Positions 1 through 13,085 of a DNA stretch of 64,000 nt are shown one piece after another. Location of the stretch: contig NC_042998.1 in the NCBI RefSeq assembly GCF_006345805.1, forward strand, positions 18,228,001 to 18,292,000, read 5' to 3'. The DNA is from Octopus sinensis (taxonomy: Eukaryota). The position numbers and the translations under genes were made by a program. Within the stretch, counting starts at the first letter, position 1. Each line of letters starts with the position of its first letter. The notes under the pieces are model-generated. The model ran no database searches. It was not told the origin of the DNA and saw only the letters and a list, made by a program, of their open reading frames with translations.

Positions 1-248
1 CAAACACCTATACGATACAGATTTTCCTTAATATCAAGTGTGAAGCACAATCACTCCCATTTCCTAAAGTACCTATTGTAATTAATATTTTTGATTATCT
101 TATTATCAATATTATTCAATTTTCCCCCTAATATATTAATTTATTGTTTTTTCTTAACACCCATAACACTGTTCCTTATTTGTTTTACTTATTTTATATA
201 ATTTCTATTTTTCATTTTTGCCTTTCTCTACATACACCCACGCATATA

Positions 249-478
249 CAGGGTGCGGCAGAAAGGTTGTCTCTATATCAATGTTTGATAAAAAAAAAAC
301 ATATGAAGATACAAGAAAAAAACGATTCTCTTCACTGCAAGCCATAATGGATACTACATGAAAGCGATAAAAATGGAATTTAATGAACTTCGTAGAAATT
401 CAAAGATTTTTCATGCATCTTCCCCTGTCAGTTTTTAATCAACCATTGAAATCATGGCATTCTTTCTGCCGCATCCTG
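249..478. mobile_element. Tc1/mariner-type MITE (230 bp)
   Basis: TIRs CAGGGTGCGGCAGAAAG (249-265) and CTTTCTGCCGCATCCTG (462-478), 16/17 match, TA dinucleotide on both sides; no coding capacity. Confidence 0.8.
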
Positions 479-615
479 TATTAGAATTCAGTGTTTTGAT
501 GCCATTAATATTTTTAATTCCATATTTTTAAGTCAGTTACTTACTTTTAGAATTCAACTTAAATTATTTTGATTATGTCATCTGATTTTAGTTTTTACGT
601 GAAAAATTGTTCAAA

Positions 616-814
616 TCTGGGGAGAGTCATTTTCGTTTCGTGCCTTATAATGTAACACACTCACCGGTAAAATTTCCACTTATTTCTTATTTTTATTTTC
701 CTAAAATTTTCGTTGCAGCGAAAATTTTAGGAAAATAAAAATAAGAAATAAGTGGAAATTTTACCGGTGAGTGTGTTACATTATAAAGCACAAAAAGAAA
801 ATGTCTCTCCCAGA
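616..814. repeat. Long palindrome / foldback with 68-bp perfect arms
   Basis: 645-712 is the exact reverse complement of 719-786, 6-nt loop TTGCAG; imperfect symmetry extends out to about 616 and 814. Confidence 0.9.
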
Positions 815-1924
815 CACAACAGAATATGCTTAAACACACGAACTCACATAACGAATCTTGCAAACCAAATACAAAAACGAAATTGTTTAAATATTTTCTC
901 GTTTCTTCTAATCTTCTAAATTATTAACTATTTTCTTTATATTTATTCTAATCATTCAGTTGATGACAGCTATGCTAGTCTTTTATTTTACAGCAGTTGA
1001 ATCTAGTTCTTTCTTATGTTTCCTACTTTTCCTGACAAGTCATATTTCGCTTACGATGGCTTCTTCACCCACATACAATTTTTAAATATGCTCTAATATT
1101 CTCCGACAAATATTCTCATATTGTGTTGTATCTAGGGAGTCATTATGTATATCATTCTTTTAATTCCTCACTTACGTTGATTTCTAAAAATACTTTTATA
1201 TAATTATATTATATTTTTTTAATCACTCCGATGGTTAGAAAAACTACAAAATTTATTCAAATATATTTGTATGCCATGACTATTCATATTCAGAATGCAT
1301 CTTATTTATCGTACTTAATTTGGATTCTCATAATACAAGTTCGGTACGATACAAATTTATGCTTTCTAGAAAGATTTAGACCCTCTTTTATATACTTATA
1401 ATTGATAAACTCGGTATTTAACTCAACCTTGCAAACAGTAAGAATTTCCAAATACCATTTGAATACTATTTTTATCATTGCTATTAATTTCACTATCAAT
1501 ATCGAAGTGGCGATATCCATTATATTCGAATCTAATATTATCGAATAGTCTAACATTATGGTATAGTTTTTCAAGAACTAGATTTTATTGCTTAATCTAT
1601 TTTATCTTTGTTTATTGTCTTGTGTTGTTTCATGTTTCGTAACGCACATCTACTTTAGTGTATTTTGGTCTCTGAACATTAAACCTTCATGAGGTTTTTA
1701 TCTTCCTTTGCTCCATCTATTTCTGTTTCTCCTCTCTCTATTTCTGTTATTTCCTTTGTCAGTTCTTTTGATGTTGATAGATTCATTGTGATATAAGTAT
1801 TTAATAAAATACGTTGACATTTTGGATTTAAAGGGCATTCTGTTTAAAGAAATGCATCTTCTCATTCATCTGTAAGTCTTATTCCCAAATGTTCGTAGTA
1901 CAGTAGTTGCACCATAAAACACAC

Positions 1925-2216
<292 letters not shown>

Positions 2217-2221
2217 GTAGA

Positions 2222-2510
2222 GGCGCAATGGCCCAGTGGTTAGGGCAGCGGACTCGCGGTCGTAGCATCGCGGTTTCGATTCCCAGACCAGGCGTTGTGA
2301 GTGTTTATAACGCTCCACGATGCTACGGCAGGGGGTGGTGGCGATCCCTGCTGTACTCTTTCGCCACAATTTTCTCTCACTCTTTCTTCTATTGGCCTCC
2401 TCGCTTAGCCAGCGGGGTGGCGAAGTTTGAAGGCTAAAACAATGCGAACGCATTGTGACCAGCGATGTGTAACAACATCTGATGGTCTGGTCGGTCACGT
2501 TATCACGTGA
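2222..2510 (+). mobile_element. tRNA-derived SINE (family C)
   Basis: A-box TGGCCCAGTGG (2229-2239), B-box-like GTTTCGATTCC (2273-2283); its 3' part recurs at 34071-34190; ends TCACGTGA then (TA)n. Confidence 0.8.
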
Positions 2511-2532
2511 TATATATATATATATATATGAC

Positions 2533-2563
<31 letters not shown>

Positions 2564-2663
2564 CATACATATATACATATATATATACATATATACATAT
2601 ATATACATAAACATACATATATATCTACATATATATATATAAATTATATATGTATATATACAT

Positions 2664-2910
2664 GCATGGGGTGGATGCGGATGTCTTTAAAACAAAACTG
2701 GACCTCTTCCTGTCGGGTGTCCCAGATGAACCAACTTCCCGGCAGGAGGTTCAGATGAGGGCAGTTGCATCGGTCTCCTTCATGCACCAAATGGCAATTG
2801 CTAAAAAGCATTCGTGAAGTAAAAACCTTGTAGCAACACCAAATGGCGGTGCCCAAGCATGGCCACAGCTCGTGAGCTGAAACTAGATAAAATAAATAAA
2901 ATAAAAATAA
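2664..2910 (+). mobile_element. 3'-terminal fragment of a CR1-group LINE
   Basis: Matches the 3' end of the LINE at 44795-46738 (encodes [30 protein letters not shown]); ends GCATGGCCACAGCTCGTGAGCTGAAACTAGAT plus an (AAAT)-type tail. Confidence 0.85.
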
Positions 2911-2921
2911 TATATATATAT

Positions 2922-2952
<31 letters not shown>

Positions 2953-3045
2953 TAATATATATATATATATATATATATACATACATACACATATCTATCT
3001 ATCTATCTACCTATCTATCTACCTATCTATCTATCTATCTATCTA

Positions 3046-3159
<114 letters not shown>

Positions 3160-3221
3160 TAGTCACAGATTTGGAAAATGGAAAACAGAAGTCCAATGTT
3201 CTTTGTAAATATACCATAAGT

Positions 3222-4474
3222 AATAGGTTGGGTAGAATTGTTCATTGGCTGACTATGAACAAGTAATGCGAGATATGTAAAGCGTTGCATGCATTAATTT
3301 CAACGCATTTTATTAATTAATGCATTTTTCCCTTCCAGGTAAATTGACATGTTATTGTTCAACGTCTTCAAGAGTAATTAGTAGCGAATTCTCTTGAAAA
3401 TGGACATAATTTGGCATCATGGAGTTATTAAGTATCTGCAGAAAAAGGGTTTAACCCCAACGACATTCATACTGAAATGGTTGTTACAAGAGGAGGATCA
3501 GCAGGTAAATAATGGGCAGCTGAATTTAGGAGGGGAAGGGTGAGTCTTGAAGATGGTTAATGATCTGGAGGTCCAGTAATTCCCTCCACTGGATGACCAG
3601 TGATTGATAATAAATCATATATCCAATGTTATTATCTATCTCGTGGGAGAATTTAGAATAATCTGCACAATCAACATGGCATCACGAAGATTTCGGTGGG
3701 CGCCACGTCTTCTGTGACCAAGGTTTCAGTGGGTCCCACGTCTTTTAACACCAGATCAAACGCACACTAATCTGATCCCATCACAGGAAAATCTGATATT
3801 TTTTGAGGCCGGCCCAGCTGGTTTCCTTCAATGTTTCCGAAGCCAGGATGAGTGTAAGGTTCACCAATTTGAGCCAGAGACAATGAGAAAATATGCGCTG
3901 TGGAAACTCCTCTCTTGACTTGCTCCAAAGAAAGCCGTGGTCTTTCATATGCAGGGAAATTGATGGCCTCAAATTTTGGGGATGCAAAAGGAATTGCCCC
4001 TATTAAATTTCTTCAAAAGGGCCACACCATCAATGTCAGCTTGCGGAGGCAGGTGCAAAAACTCTCAAGATCAAACACCCAGAAAACCGACAAAAATTTT
4101 CTTGCTTCATCAGGCCAATGCTCCAGCACACAAGTCTTTCGTTTCAGTAGCTAATGTGCGTGGTTTCAATACCTGCTGATTGGTCATCCTCCCTACTCTC
4201 CTGATTAGGCCTCATCTCATTATCACCCGTTTCCGAACATGTGAAAACACTTGCCTGAAAAACTAGTATCGCAGAGATGATGACGTCACATGTGCTGTCG
4301 ACTCTTTTGCCTAGCAAGATGAAACCTTCTTCTCGAATGGGATCCAAGCACTGCATGACTGATAAAAGAAGTGTGTGGACTGCAAGGGGGACTATGTTGA
4401 AAAGGAACCCTCGTTTGGTCACATTACATGAGAGTATATTTGTCAGCCTATGAACTTTTCAGTCAACCATCGTA
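3222..4474 (+). mobile_element. Decayed near-full-length mariner transposon
   Basis: Frameshifted transposase pieces MDIIWHHGVIKYLQKKGLTP, KWAAEFRRGR, WVPRLLTPDQ, LHQANAPAHK (4104-4133), YSPD (4194-4205); 3' TIR GTCAGCCTATGAACTTTTCAGTCAACCATCG+TA, degenerate 5' TIR near 3222-3255. Confidence 0.85.
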
Positions 4475-4656
4475 AATATTAATTCTTATTGTTTAAAAGT
4501 CATTTGTCGTTTATTTGATCGTAGCTACTATTGATGACACTAATTCCACAAATAACTATCTACCTATCTTTGCATACGTAGTATATATACATATATACAC
4601 ACACACACAGACACAAACATACATTTATACATGCATACACACACGCATTCATATAT

Positions 4657-5068
4657 ACTCTTATACTCTTTTACTTGTTTCAGTCATTTAACTGCGGCCA
4701 TGCTGGAGCACCGCCTTTAGTCGAGCAAATCGACCCCGGGACTTATTCTTTGTAAGCCCAGTACTTATTCTATCGGTCTCTTTTGCCGAACCGCTAAGTG
4801 ACGGGGACGTAAACACACCAGCATCGGTTGTCAAGCAATGCTGGGGGGACAAACACAGACACACAAACATATACACAAACACTTATAATATATATACATA
4901 TATACGACAGGCTTCTTTCAGTTTCCGTCTACCAAATCCACTCACAAGGCATTGGTCGGACCGGGGCTATAACAGAAGACACTTGCCCAAGGTGCCTCGC
5001 AGTGGGACTGAACCCGGAACCATGTGGTTGGTTAGCAAACTACTTACCACACAGCCACTCCTGCGCCT
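4657..5068 (-). mobile_element. tRNA-derived SINE (family A, most abundant here)
   Basis: Head GGCGCAGGAGTGGCTGTGTGGTAAG, internal (TA/TG) tract, tail CAGTnAAATGACTGAAACAAGTAAAAGAG; about 10 homologous copies in the window. Confidence 0.9.
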
Positions 5069-6914
5069 ATATATATACAAATATACATAGGCAGACAGAC
5101 ATATAATATTCGTATAAATAGATCTATTGTATGAAAATGCAACTAGAATTTTACTAAATAACAAACCAAAATATAATCAAATTAACTGAATGGTATCGAT
5201 TGTCTCCAATGTAAACATGAAAGGAAATTGTATACAATATGTAACTCTCAATTAGTCAAATTCATTTTCCTTCGTCATCCGTCTCCAGTATCTGAATATA
5301 TTTTTCGTTCTTCTATTTAACAATTTTGTACTGGCTCTAATTTCCGGTCAAATACGCAGATTCAGAATTTGGCTTTGATGATAATTTCTAATCTAAGATT
5401 GGAAATGGTTGGTTTCCTGTGTAGTTGTACAGTTCCACAAATGATTATAATGTATAGTCTAAACTCACCTCTCGCCCTTCACATAACTATTATTAAGTCA
5501 GGATGTTCGTCGTGGATTTTATCAGACATATAGGTTTTACATAATTGATCTAAATGTGTGCCAGAATTAAAAGATGTTTTTATATTTTAGCATATATTAT
5601 AATATTGCTATCAATTGTTTTAAACTCGCAATGTATCCATTCTCTTAATCATTCAATAATTCCGATGTATATAATGAAAGAATACTCAGGGAAATTATTA
5701 ATGCAAGATATTGTTTTCTTATTCTTCATATTTTCTCAATTTCCTTTTACTATGGAGCAACTGCTTCACCTACAATATATATCCTCAAATTAAATTATAT
5801 CAATACAAGCTGAAATATGTGTCAGCGCTTTGCGAGGAAGATGTTGATTTGATACAGCTTACAGTTTTGTTGAATAAAAAATGGTCTGTAAAAATTCTTA
5901 CACATTCAAAGCTTAGGTACAACGGTAAACAGTGAAATTGCTCACACAGGCAAATCACTTACGTAGTTTCTCTTAAAATTTCACTGAATGATTTTTGCCC
6001 CAGTATTTTCCTTGCATCAATGATCCCATATAATTTCATTTTATTTCCTTTTCTTGTATTTCATGATATATACCTATATGGGAAAGTCTGTTATTATTGG
6101 GCAATCCTTATAAACGTACCTGATTTATATGTTATCGAGACTAGTCTTGTTGAAGCTGTATTTTGATAATACGTCATTTGAGTTTAGAATTTAAAGAACA
6201 GAAATTAGATATTGAATTTTGTTAAGACAAAACCCTTACTTTCTCGTCTTATTCCCAAATAATTTGACATCAAAACACGTTGGATCAAATGCGTTGCCAC
6301 TTTTATCTGCATAGTTATAAATTTTGATTTGAAAATTAAAACGCAAATTGACGTTATATATTTCTTTCTGAGATGGTCGATAAAGAGCAAGTACGTGTCA
6401 AGTGCTGTGTTCATCGAATAATCGCTGGAAAACTATTCCCCATTGAGATGCTTTGTGTTCTTTTTAGAAATTGGAGTTGCATGAAAGAAGAATTCAATAT
6501 CATCAAGATAAAACGATTATAGTAACGTTTATTTCATAAATAATTATTTTACAATATTCAATAAAATGGTTCGTTAATCGATTTGCAATTTTGTATAACG
6601 TTCTGAGCTTATAGTAAATATAAATGTCAATGTTAACAATGTAGAATGACGGATTACTTCAAGAAAGTAAATCTCAGAGGCAAGTTCGAGTCTAAATTTA
6701 CACAATTTACAACTCCACTTCTATAATTTATCGACTTTGGATTAAACGTATTTAGGAAAAAATGTTTTTGCCTTTGGTACCTTCCATGGAAGCATATTTC
6801 TTGAACTAAGCATCTGTTGAAGGTGCTGAGATGTTCATATAGACACTCTACAATACCGCTACTACAAGTATTTTGATGAACGTGGCTTCACCAATCCGTA
6901 TTGCATCTATTGAA

Positions 6915-7138
6915 AGGCGGCGAACTGGCAGAAACGTCAGCACGACAGGCAAAATGCTTAGCAGTATTTTGCTTGCTGCTACGTTCTGAGTTCAAATTCC
7001 GCCGAGGTCGACTTTGCCTTTCATCCTTTCGGGGTCGATTAAATAAGTACTGGAGCCGATATAATCGACTTAATCCGCTTGTCTGTCCTCGTTTGTCCTC
7101 TCTGTGTTGAGCCCCTTGTGGGTAATAAAGAAATAGGC
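6915..7138 (+). mobile_element. tRNA-derived SINE (family B)
   Basis: Head GGCGGCGAACTGGCAGAAACG, B-box-like GAGTTCAAATTCC; homologous to 11125, 21626, 50010 and 60370 copies. Confidence 0.85.
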
Positions 7139-8281
7139 ATTGCATCTATTGAAATTATACTAATAAATTATACAACACATAATTCGATTACCACACTTTG
7201 AAAATAGTGCTTCATTGGAAATTTTGGTGTCATCAGGTCTAAGGTCTTGTATTATGAATTCCATGAAAATGTAGGATTTATCATATTTTACCCTCTTATT
7301 CTCTGTCTAGAATTCATGTCGTTATTTTGTAAGTAAGTGTTAGGTCCACGTAGACTATTTTCAACTGTTCTTGTCTAATGTAATGCCGTGCCTTTTTTTA
7401 TGTTTGTTATACTATTCGGAATGTTCAGCAGTAGTGGTTGTAATCTTCGGAAATCTTCCGTAACACCTACAAACAGTGTGACGCTTACTTTGTCTCTTTT
7501 TTCTTCTATTTCCCCATCTCACTTTGTATTTAAACATCCAGTCTATTTATAGTTATCAGCTAAAGTTCTTTTCTATATCTTATGTCCAATTCCCAGACAC
7601 AAGCAAACGAAATTATCAAAAGTATTTAAATTCCTGGCAGTCTTCAACTGACAGGTTACATCCATCACATACACAAAGGAAGCAATTTATTTAACATATA
7701 ACAATTTTTTAAAAATTCGAAATGCAACGAAAGTGCAAAATCAATATGACAAATGTGTGTCTGTGTGTGTGCATGTATGTGTGTCTGTGTGTTTTCTTTT
7801 TCTTCAGCTTCTGACTACTTTCTTCATTTATTAGTTTAAACAATCTGTACAACAATTTACACGTTCTATACATACACAAAATCCTACGAACGTACATACA
7901 TACATACATACATACATACATACATACATACGCACCGACATATATACACATAAACAGATACTGAAATATGTGATGTAAATATATGATATTTGTCTATTTA
8001 CCAACGAGAAAGTATGTTTGTGAAATTTGACAATGATATGGAGATAAAAAGTATAATATTGTATGCACATATTCATCTAACAGTTAATGAACACGTTTCA
8101 CTAACCGATCTATCTCTAGTTCTTTGGCGTAACATATCCTCGAGAAAGAATTTCATATGTTACGAGTCGTATTATTTCCCAACATTTTAAACTTTCAAAA
8201 TCCTGTTTCCGACGAGCTATTAAGAGAGCAGGGAGTCTTTGGTGAATCAAAATCAATAATCCTTCTCTCTCTCTCTCTCTG

Positions 8282-8312
<31 letters not shown>

Positions 8313-8377
8313 GATATATATGATGATCGTTAGCTCCTACAATCGCTTTTTTTCCTCTCCTTGTTTTTTTCTGTGCA

Positions 8378-8414
8378 TCTTTCTGTCGAAGAGCGTAGGC
8401 TCGAAACGTAAAGA
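8378..8414 (+). ncRNA. Minimal hammerhead-ribozyme-like motif, copy 1 (core CUGUCGA)
   Basis: TCTTT-CTGTCGA-A-GAGC gtag GCTC-GAAA-CGTA-AAGA; helix I is one A short relative to copy 2. Fold inferred by eye. Confidence 0.5.
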
Positions 8415-8509
8415 CGTTTTCTAGTTTTATTCCTGAGCGCTATACTAATTCATTGTTTGTTTGTGCTCCACCAGCCTTCGTCTTTTGTTATTTTCGTAAA
8501 CTTTCCCGT

Positions 8510-8541
<32 letters not shown>

Positions 8542-8639
8542 GCATAATACCTACACAATGTACATATACTCATATATATATATATGAAGATCGTTAGCTC
8601 CTACACGCTTTTTTTTCTCTCCTTGTTTTTTTCTGTGCA

Positions 8640-8677
8640 TCTTTCTGTCGAAGAGCGTAGGCTCGAAACGTAAAAGA
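8640..8677 (+). ncRNA. Minimal hammerhead-ribozyme-like motif, copy 2 (core CUGUCGA)
   Basis: Helix I TCTTT/AAAGA, core CTGTCGA, helix II GAGC/GCTC, GAAA, palindromic ACGT helix III, GUA triplet. Confidence 0.6.
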
Positions 8678-8771
8678 CGTTTTCTAGTTTTATTCCTGAG
8701 CGCTATACTAATTCATTTTTGTTTGTGCTCCACCAGCCTTCGTCTTTTGTTATTTTCGTAAACTTTCCCGT

Positions 8772-8803
<32 letters not shown>

Positions 8804-8895
8804 TATGCATAATACCTACACATATGTACATATACTCATATATATATATATGTACATGTATATGTATAAATACATAAACATGTATCTGTCTATAA

Positions 8896-8961
<66 letters not shown>
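8896..8961. repeat. (ATAG)n microsatellite
   Basis: Directly visible. Confidence 0.95.
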
Positions 8962-11124
8962 CCGCGCGTAAAAATGGATGTTTTGTTGAAAAACAGCATA
9001 CTGCAATAGTTACAGTAAGAGAGTCTCTCAAATGGACTTATGATGCATACAAGCACTCGAGTTTACATGACTCCCGGGAGATAATCGACCTCAATCGGCG
9101 CCTACAGGACTACAAGATCACGTGATTTTAGTCTTCTTTTGCTATCTCAATGGTAGATGCCCGAAACCTAGATGCTTCGATTTCCCTGCCAGCGATATAA
9201 ATACAATCTCATTAAGCAATGATGTCGCACACCGCCACTGGGCTTATTATTCTCCATTCTAACACAACATTCGCTTTTATGTTTTTACGTGGGATATATA
9301 TATATTACAATTTGGTATTAATACTGCTTCTGTCGCTATAATTTTTTTAACAAGCCCATTGGCTATTCTACTTGCCTTTTCATATAATGTCTCTGAGTTT
9401 CTTTTTTAACTCGTTTACGCATTCAGCAAAAGTAATTTGACCTTCATTAAATTATTAATATCCTGAATTCTCCAAGCTTGTTAAAATTGTTTAAATAGTT
9501 TGAGTTTACTTATTTTTTTAAAATTAGGAATTATTTATAGCGAACTATTTTTCATCAGACAGTCGGAAGTTTTTGACCAGTGCTTTTAAAGAGAAGCTGT
9601 ATGCTGTTGAAAACGAGGCTCGAATTAAGATGATTAGCTCTTGTCATGTTTTATTCTATAATGCATTACGGGAGTGGTAACACCTTTGACGAGAATTTTC
9701 TTATCTTCAATGAAGCATTTTCCTAGATCAATGTTATATTAAGTTGTTTAAAAGAAATACTGCTAAAGGATATTTTCGCACAATTCCGATAGTAAAATAG
9801 TATTTAGGAGGAAGAATATGAAAGTAAGCGTCGCGAGTAACTATAATGCAAAGTTTAAACTTTTCAATAGAAATTTAGACGCCATTTTGTGAGTGATTGT
9901 TAAATTCATGACACTGTATGTACTTGTAAGTTTAACAGTCCCATTGCCAGTAAATATTACGTAGTTTTAAGTTCTAGCAGATTTTTGGATTGATATGACT
10001 CCCATGTTCATGTATGTTGATCATGGGTCTGAAAAGTTACTTTCCAATATTGTGGGGTTTAAACGTTAGGGGCACGCATTACGGCTCAAGATGCAAAATT
10101 TCGTAAATATATACAACTTATATGATTTAATAAATCGTCTTGCGATTTAAGTACGACACATAAAGGGTGATTTAAAGATTCAATCTGGAATGAAAATTCT
10201 AAAAGTATTTCATCGAATAGGCATAAAACAATATGTAGCCAGAAAACGGTACAAATAGTTAATTGAAAGTAAAATTTTAGCATTTGGATATACATATACA
10301 TTACATTTTCGAAAGAAGTCTATAGAATAATATAACCTAGAAGAAAATTCGTCTATTTATTAGAGTACATAATTATTTAAACATCTATAAGTAAAACGTT
10401 GACCGTGCTTTCAAAGCTACATGGAACACTGAGTAAAATCTTGTGGAGATTTCCAACTACAATAAAATACTATGTTTTTGTGTGAGTATGCGCAAGTGAG
10501 AATGCTTGCATTAAAAATCTGATATTGTTTTCGTTATATACATTGCAATGATGGAGCTCTGAGTCTTTGTCAGAAACCAGCTCCTTTTTCAGAATAAGAA
10601 TTCAAATGATTGAATACTGAAGAGACATACATACATGTGTGTATTCATACATACATGCATGCATATATACAAACATACATACATATGCAAGCACACTCAC
10701 TTACACACAGTATATTATTGAAGTTGAAAATCTTCACAAAAATTTACTGTTATAAGCATACATATATTTGTGTCTGTGTGTTTGTGTGCGTGTGTGTGTT
10801 TGCCGTTATTTATGTACATAAATACTCATAGACATGCATACACTCATTCAGAGGTTAACACGTACATGTGTCAAGCACAATAATTATGACTCTATTAAAC
10901 AATATGTAATAATTGATTTTTTTTTAAACTTAGACCGTGCCGGAATAGTACGTCCACTCATAAATTCAGCAGAACAAAAGAACTCGTGCCAAATGCTGCC
11001 AATCACCTGTCAGCGTAATGCTTTTTCAACCTATGTCATATGTTCGCTTTATTTTACTTATCTCGTCCTATACAAACCCAGTCAGTTCACAGAATGATAA
11101 TAATGGCTCAATGGAAATGATAAT

Positions 11125-11527
11125 AAGGAGCGAGAAGGCAGAATCGTTAGCACGCCGTGCGAAATGCTTACCGGTATTTCGTCTGTCTTTACGTTCTGAG
11201 TTCAAATTCCGTCGAGATCGACTTTGCCTTTCATCCTTTCGGGGTCGATAAATTAAGTACCAGCTACGCACTGGGGTCGATGTAATCGAGTTAATCCGTT
11301 TGTCTGTCCTTGTTTGTCCTCTCTGTGTTTAGCCCCTTGTGGGCAGTAAAGAAATATGCATTTCGTCTAAGTTCAAATTCCGCTCAGGTCGACTTTGCCT
11401 TTCAACCATTCGGGGTCGATAAATTAAGTACCAGTTACACACTGTGGTCGATGTAATCATCTTAATCCGTTTGTCTGTCCTTGTTTGTCCCTCTATGTTT
11501 AGCCGCTTGTTGGCAATTAGAAAATAA
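11125..11527 (+). mobile_element. Family B SINE followed by a 5'-truncated tandem second copy
   Basis: Full copy 11125-11356, then a repeat of GAGTTCAAATTCC...TTTAGCC...AAATA at about 11358-11527. Confidence 0.85.
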
Positions 11528-12449
11528 GAATGATAATACTGGCTGAATGGAGACTGAATTTAAATTTGATTTTAACACATCTCTTAATATCTTGAGTGTA
11601 ATAAATATTTCTAAAACCCATTATACTTAAGAAAAAAACAAAACAAAAGCACAGCAAACCAGCAGTTGTGAAATGCCACCACTTAACTTTTCAAACTGGA
11701 TATTTCATATAAATGAAAGTGTTGTATCTGTTTAGTTCTCTGTTACCAGTATTTTTAATTCGCGTGATTATCGTTCTCATTAAAAACGATAGCTATTCTT
11801 TTTAATATGTTGATTTAAATATCTAATTCTGTCTTCAGTAGTATTACAAGTCACAGTGAACATAATGCTCTTTTTATATATTTCACCCTTGTTTATGCCA
11901 TACTTGAAACGTATTAAACTACAGCATCCATTACATATTCGTGTTTTCTATTTCCTTGTATTCAGTTAAGATACACGGTGTTTTCATTTGGCACTAATAC
12001 GCCTAGCAACATACAGAGCTTTGTAAAATATTCAGAAAAGAACAATAGAAGGCTGATTGGCATTATACAAGCACATGAAACACAAACTAGAAGAAAAAAC
12101 AATATAAAAATGTTTCAATACAAGTGAAATCAATTAGGAGCAGAATAGAAGGTACATGTGTGTGTTAAAGTAAAACAGCTGTAAACATGCAGTACGAGTA
12201 ATTCGGGGATAAAAACTGTAAAGAAAAAAAGGCAATTTTTCTAACATATCTTGCACACGGAAAGAAAACGTTTTCAATGCTGAAAAGTCAAACACATTCA
12301 CCTGCATATGGATACACAAACACAAACACACACACACACACACACACACACGCATATAATACATCCACACATGCACACGCACAACATACGTGCACACATT
12401 ACATATAAACACACATATCATATATGCATATATTTATCCATGCATGTGC

Positions 12450-12532
<83 letters not shown>

Positions 12533-12596
12533 GAGAGAGCGAGAGAGAGGTAAATACATATATACGTAAATGTTGTAACTCTTTCTCTCTCTCTCT

Positions 12597-12673
<77 letters not shown>

Positions 12674-12717
12674 GATACATATATATTCATACATACATTT
12701 ATATATATATATATATA

Positions 12718-13085
12718 TCTATATATAAACGGCAGTTTGTCTGTGTGTGTGTCTGTGTGTCTGTCAGGTTGTACCCTCACCCTGACCATGGCTTTCAACT
12801 GATTCTGATGAAACTTGACTCACACATAGCCCAATGTCATAATTCAAAACTAACGCAGCCAAAATTTTGAAAAGTTCCCCCAGTTCTGAAAGAAAATCGA
12901 TAAATTCGACATGGGGTCGAGAATCAGAAACACAAACCACAGACTGTCATGGGGACGCAACTCGACCTTTTTAACTCTCAAAAAAAATTTACCATCATTT
13001 TTTTCCATTTTTTTGGCTATAACTCTCTAAAAATGCTTTATAGTTATTCCCTTACAACCCGAGCAACGCCGGGCGATACTGCTAG
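12718..13085 (+). mobile_element. Non-autonomous Helitron (368 bp)
   Basis: 5' TC(TATATATAAA), 3' hairpin CCCGAGCAACGCCGGG (13058-13073) then CTAG (13082-13085); inserted between A and T with no TSD. Confidence 0.85.

Larger units (their letters stand above)
8325..8852 (+). repeat. Direct tandem duplication (about 264-bp unit) of a Penelope-related short repeat
   Basis: 8325-8588 and 8589-8852 are near-identical; each unit carries a hammerhead-like motif; homologous to 23575-23720 (minus) and 30222-30325. Confidence 0.85.

Noticed and set aside
900-1600. Possible decayed Penelope coding region next to the 616-814 hairpin; ORF 1302-1574
   Set aside because: A single LYVGE-like word in AT-rich DNA; no further GIY-YIG or RT motifs.
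2222-2295. tRNA-like sequences with A/B boxes (also 19804, 40030-40100, 61550)
   Set aside because: No complete cloverleaf or acceptor stem; each continues into a multi-copy repeat body, so they are SINE heads and not tRNA genes.
8325-8852. Direct repeats as a CRISPR-like array
   Set aside because: Two long units with no unique spacers and no cas genes, in a eukaryotic context.
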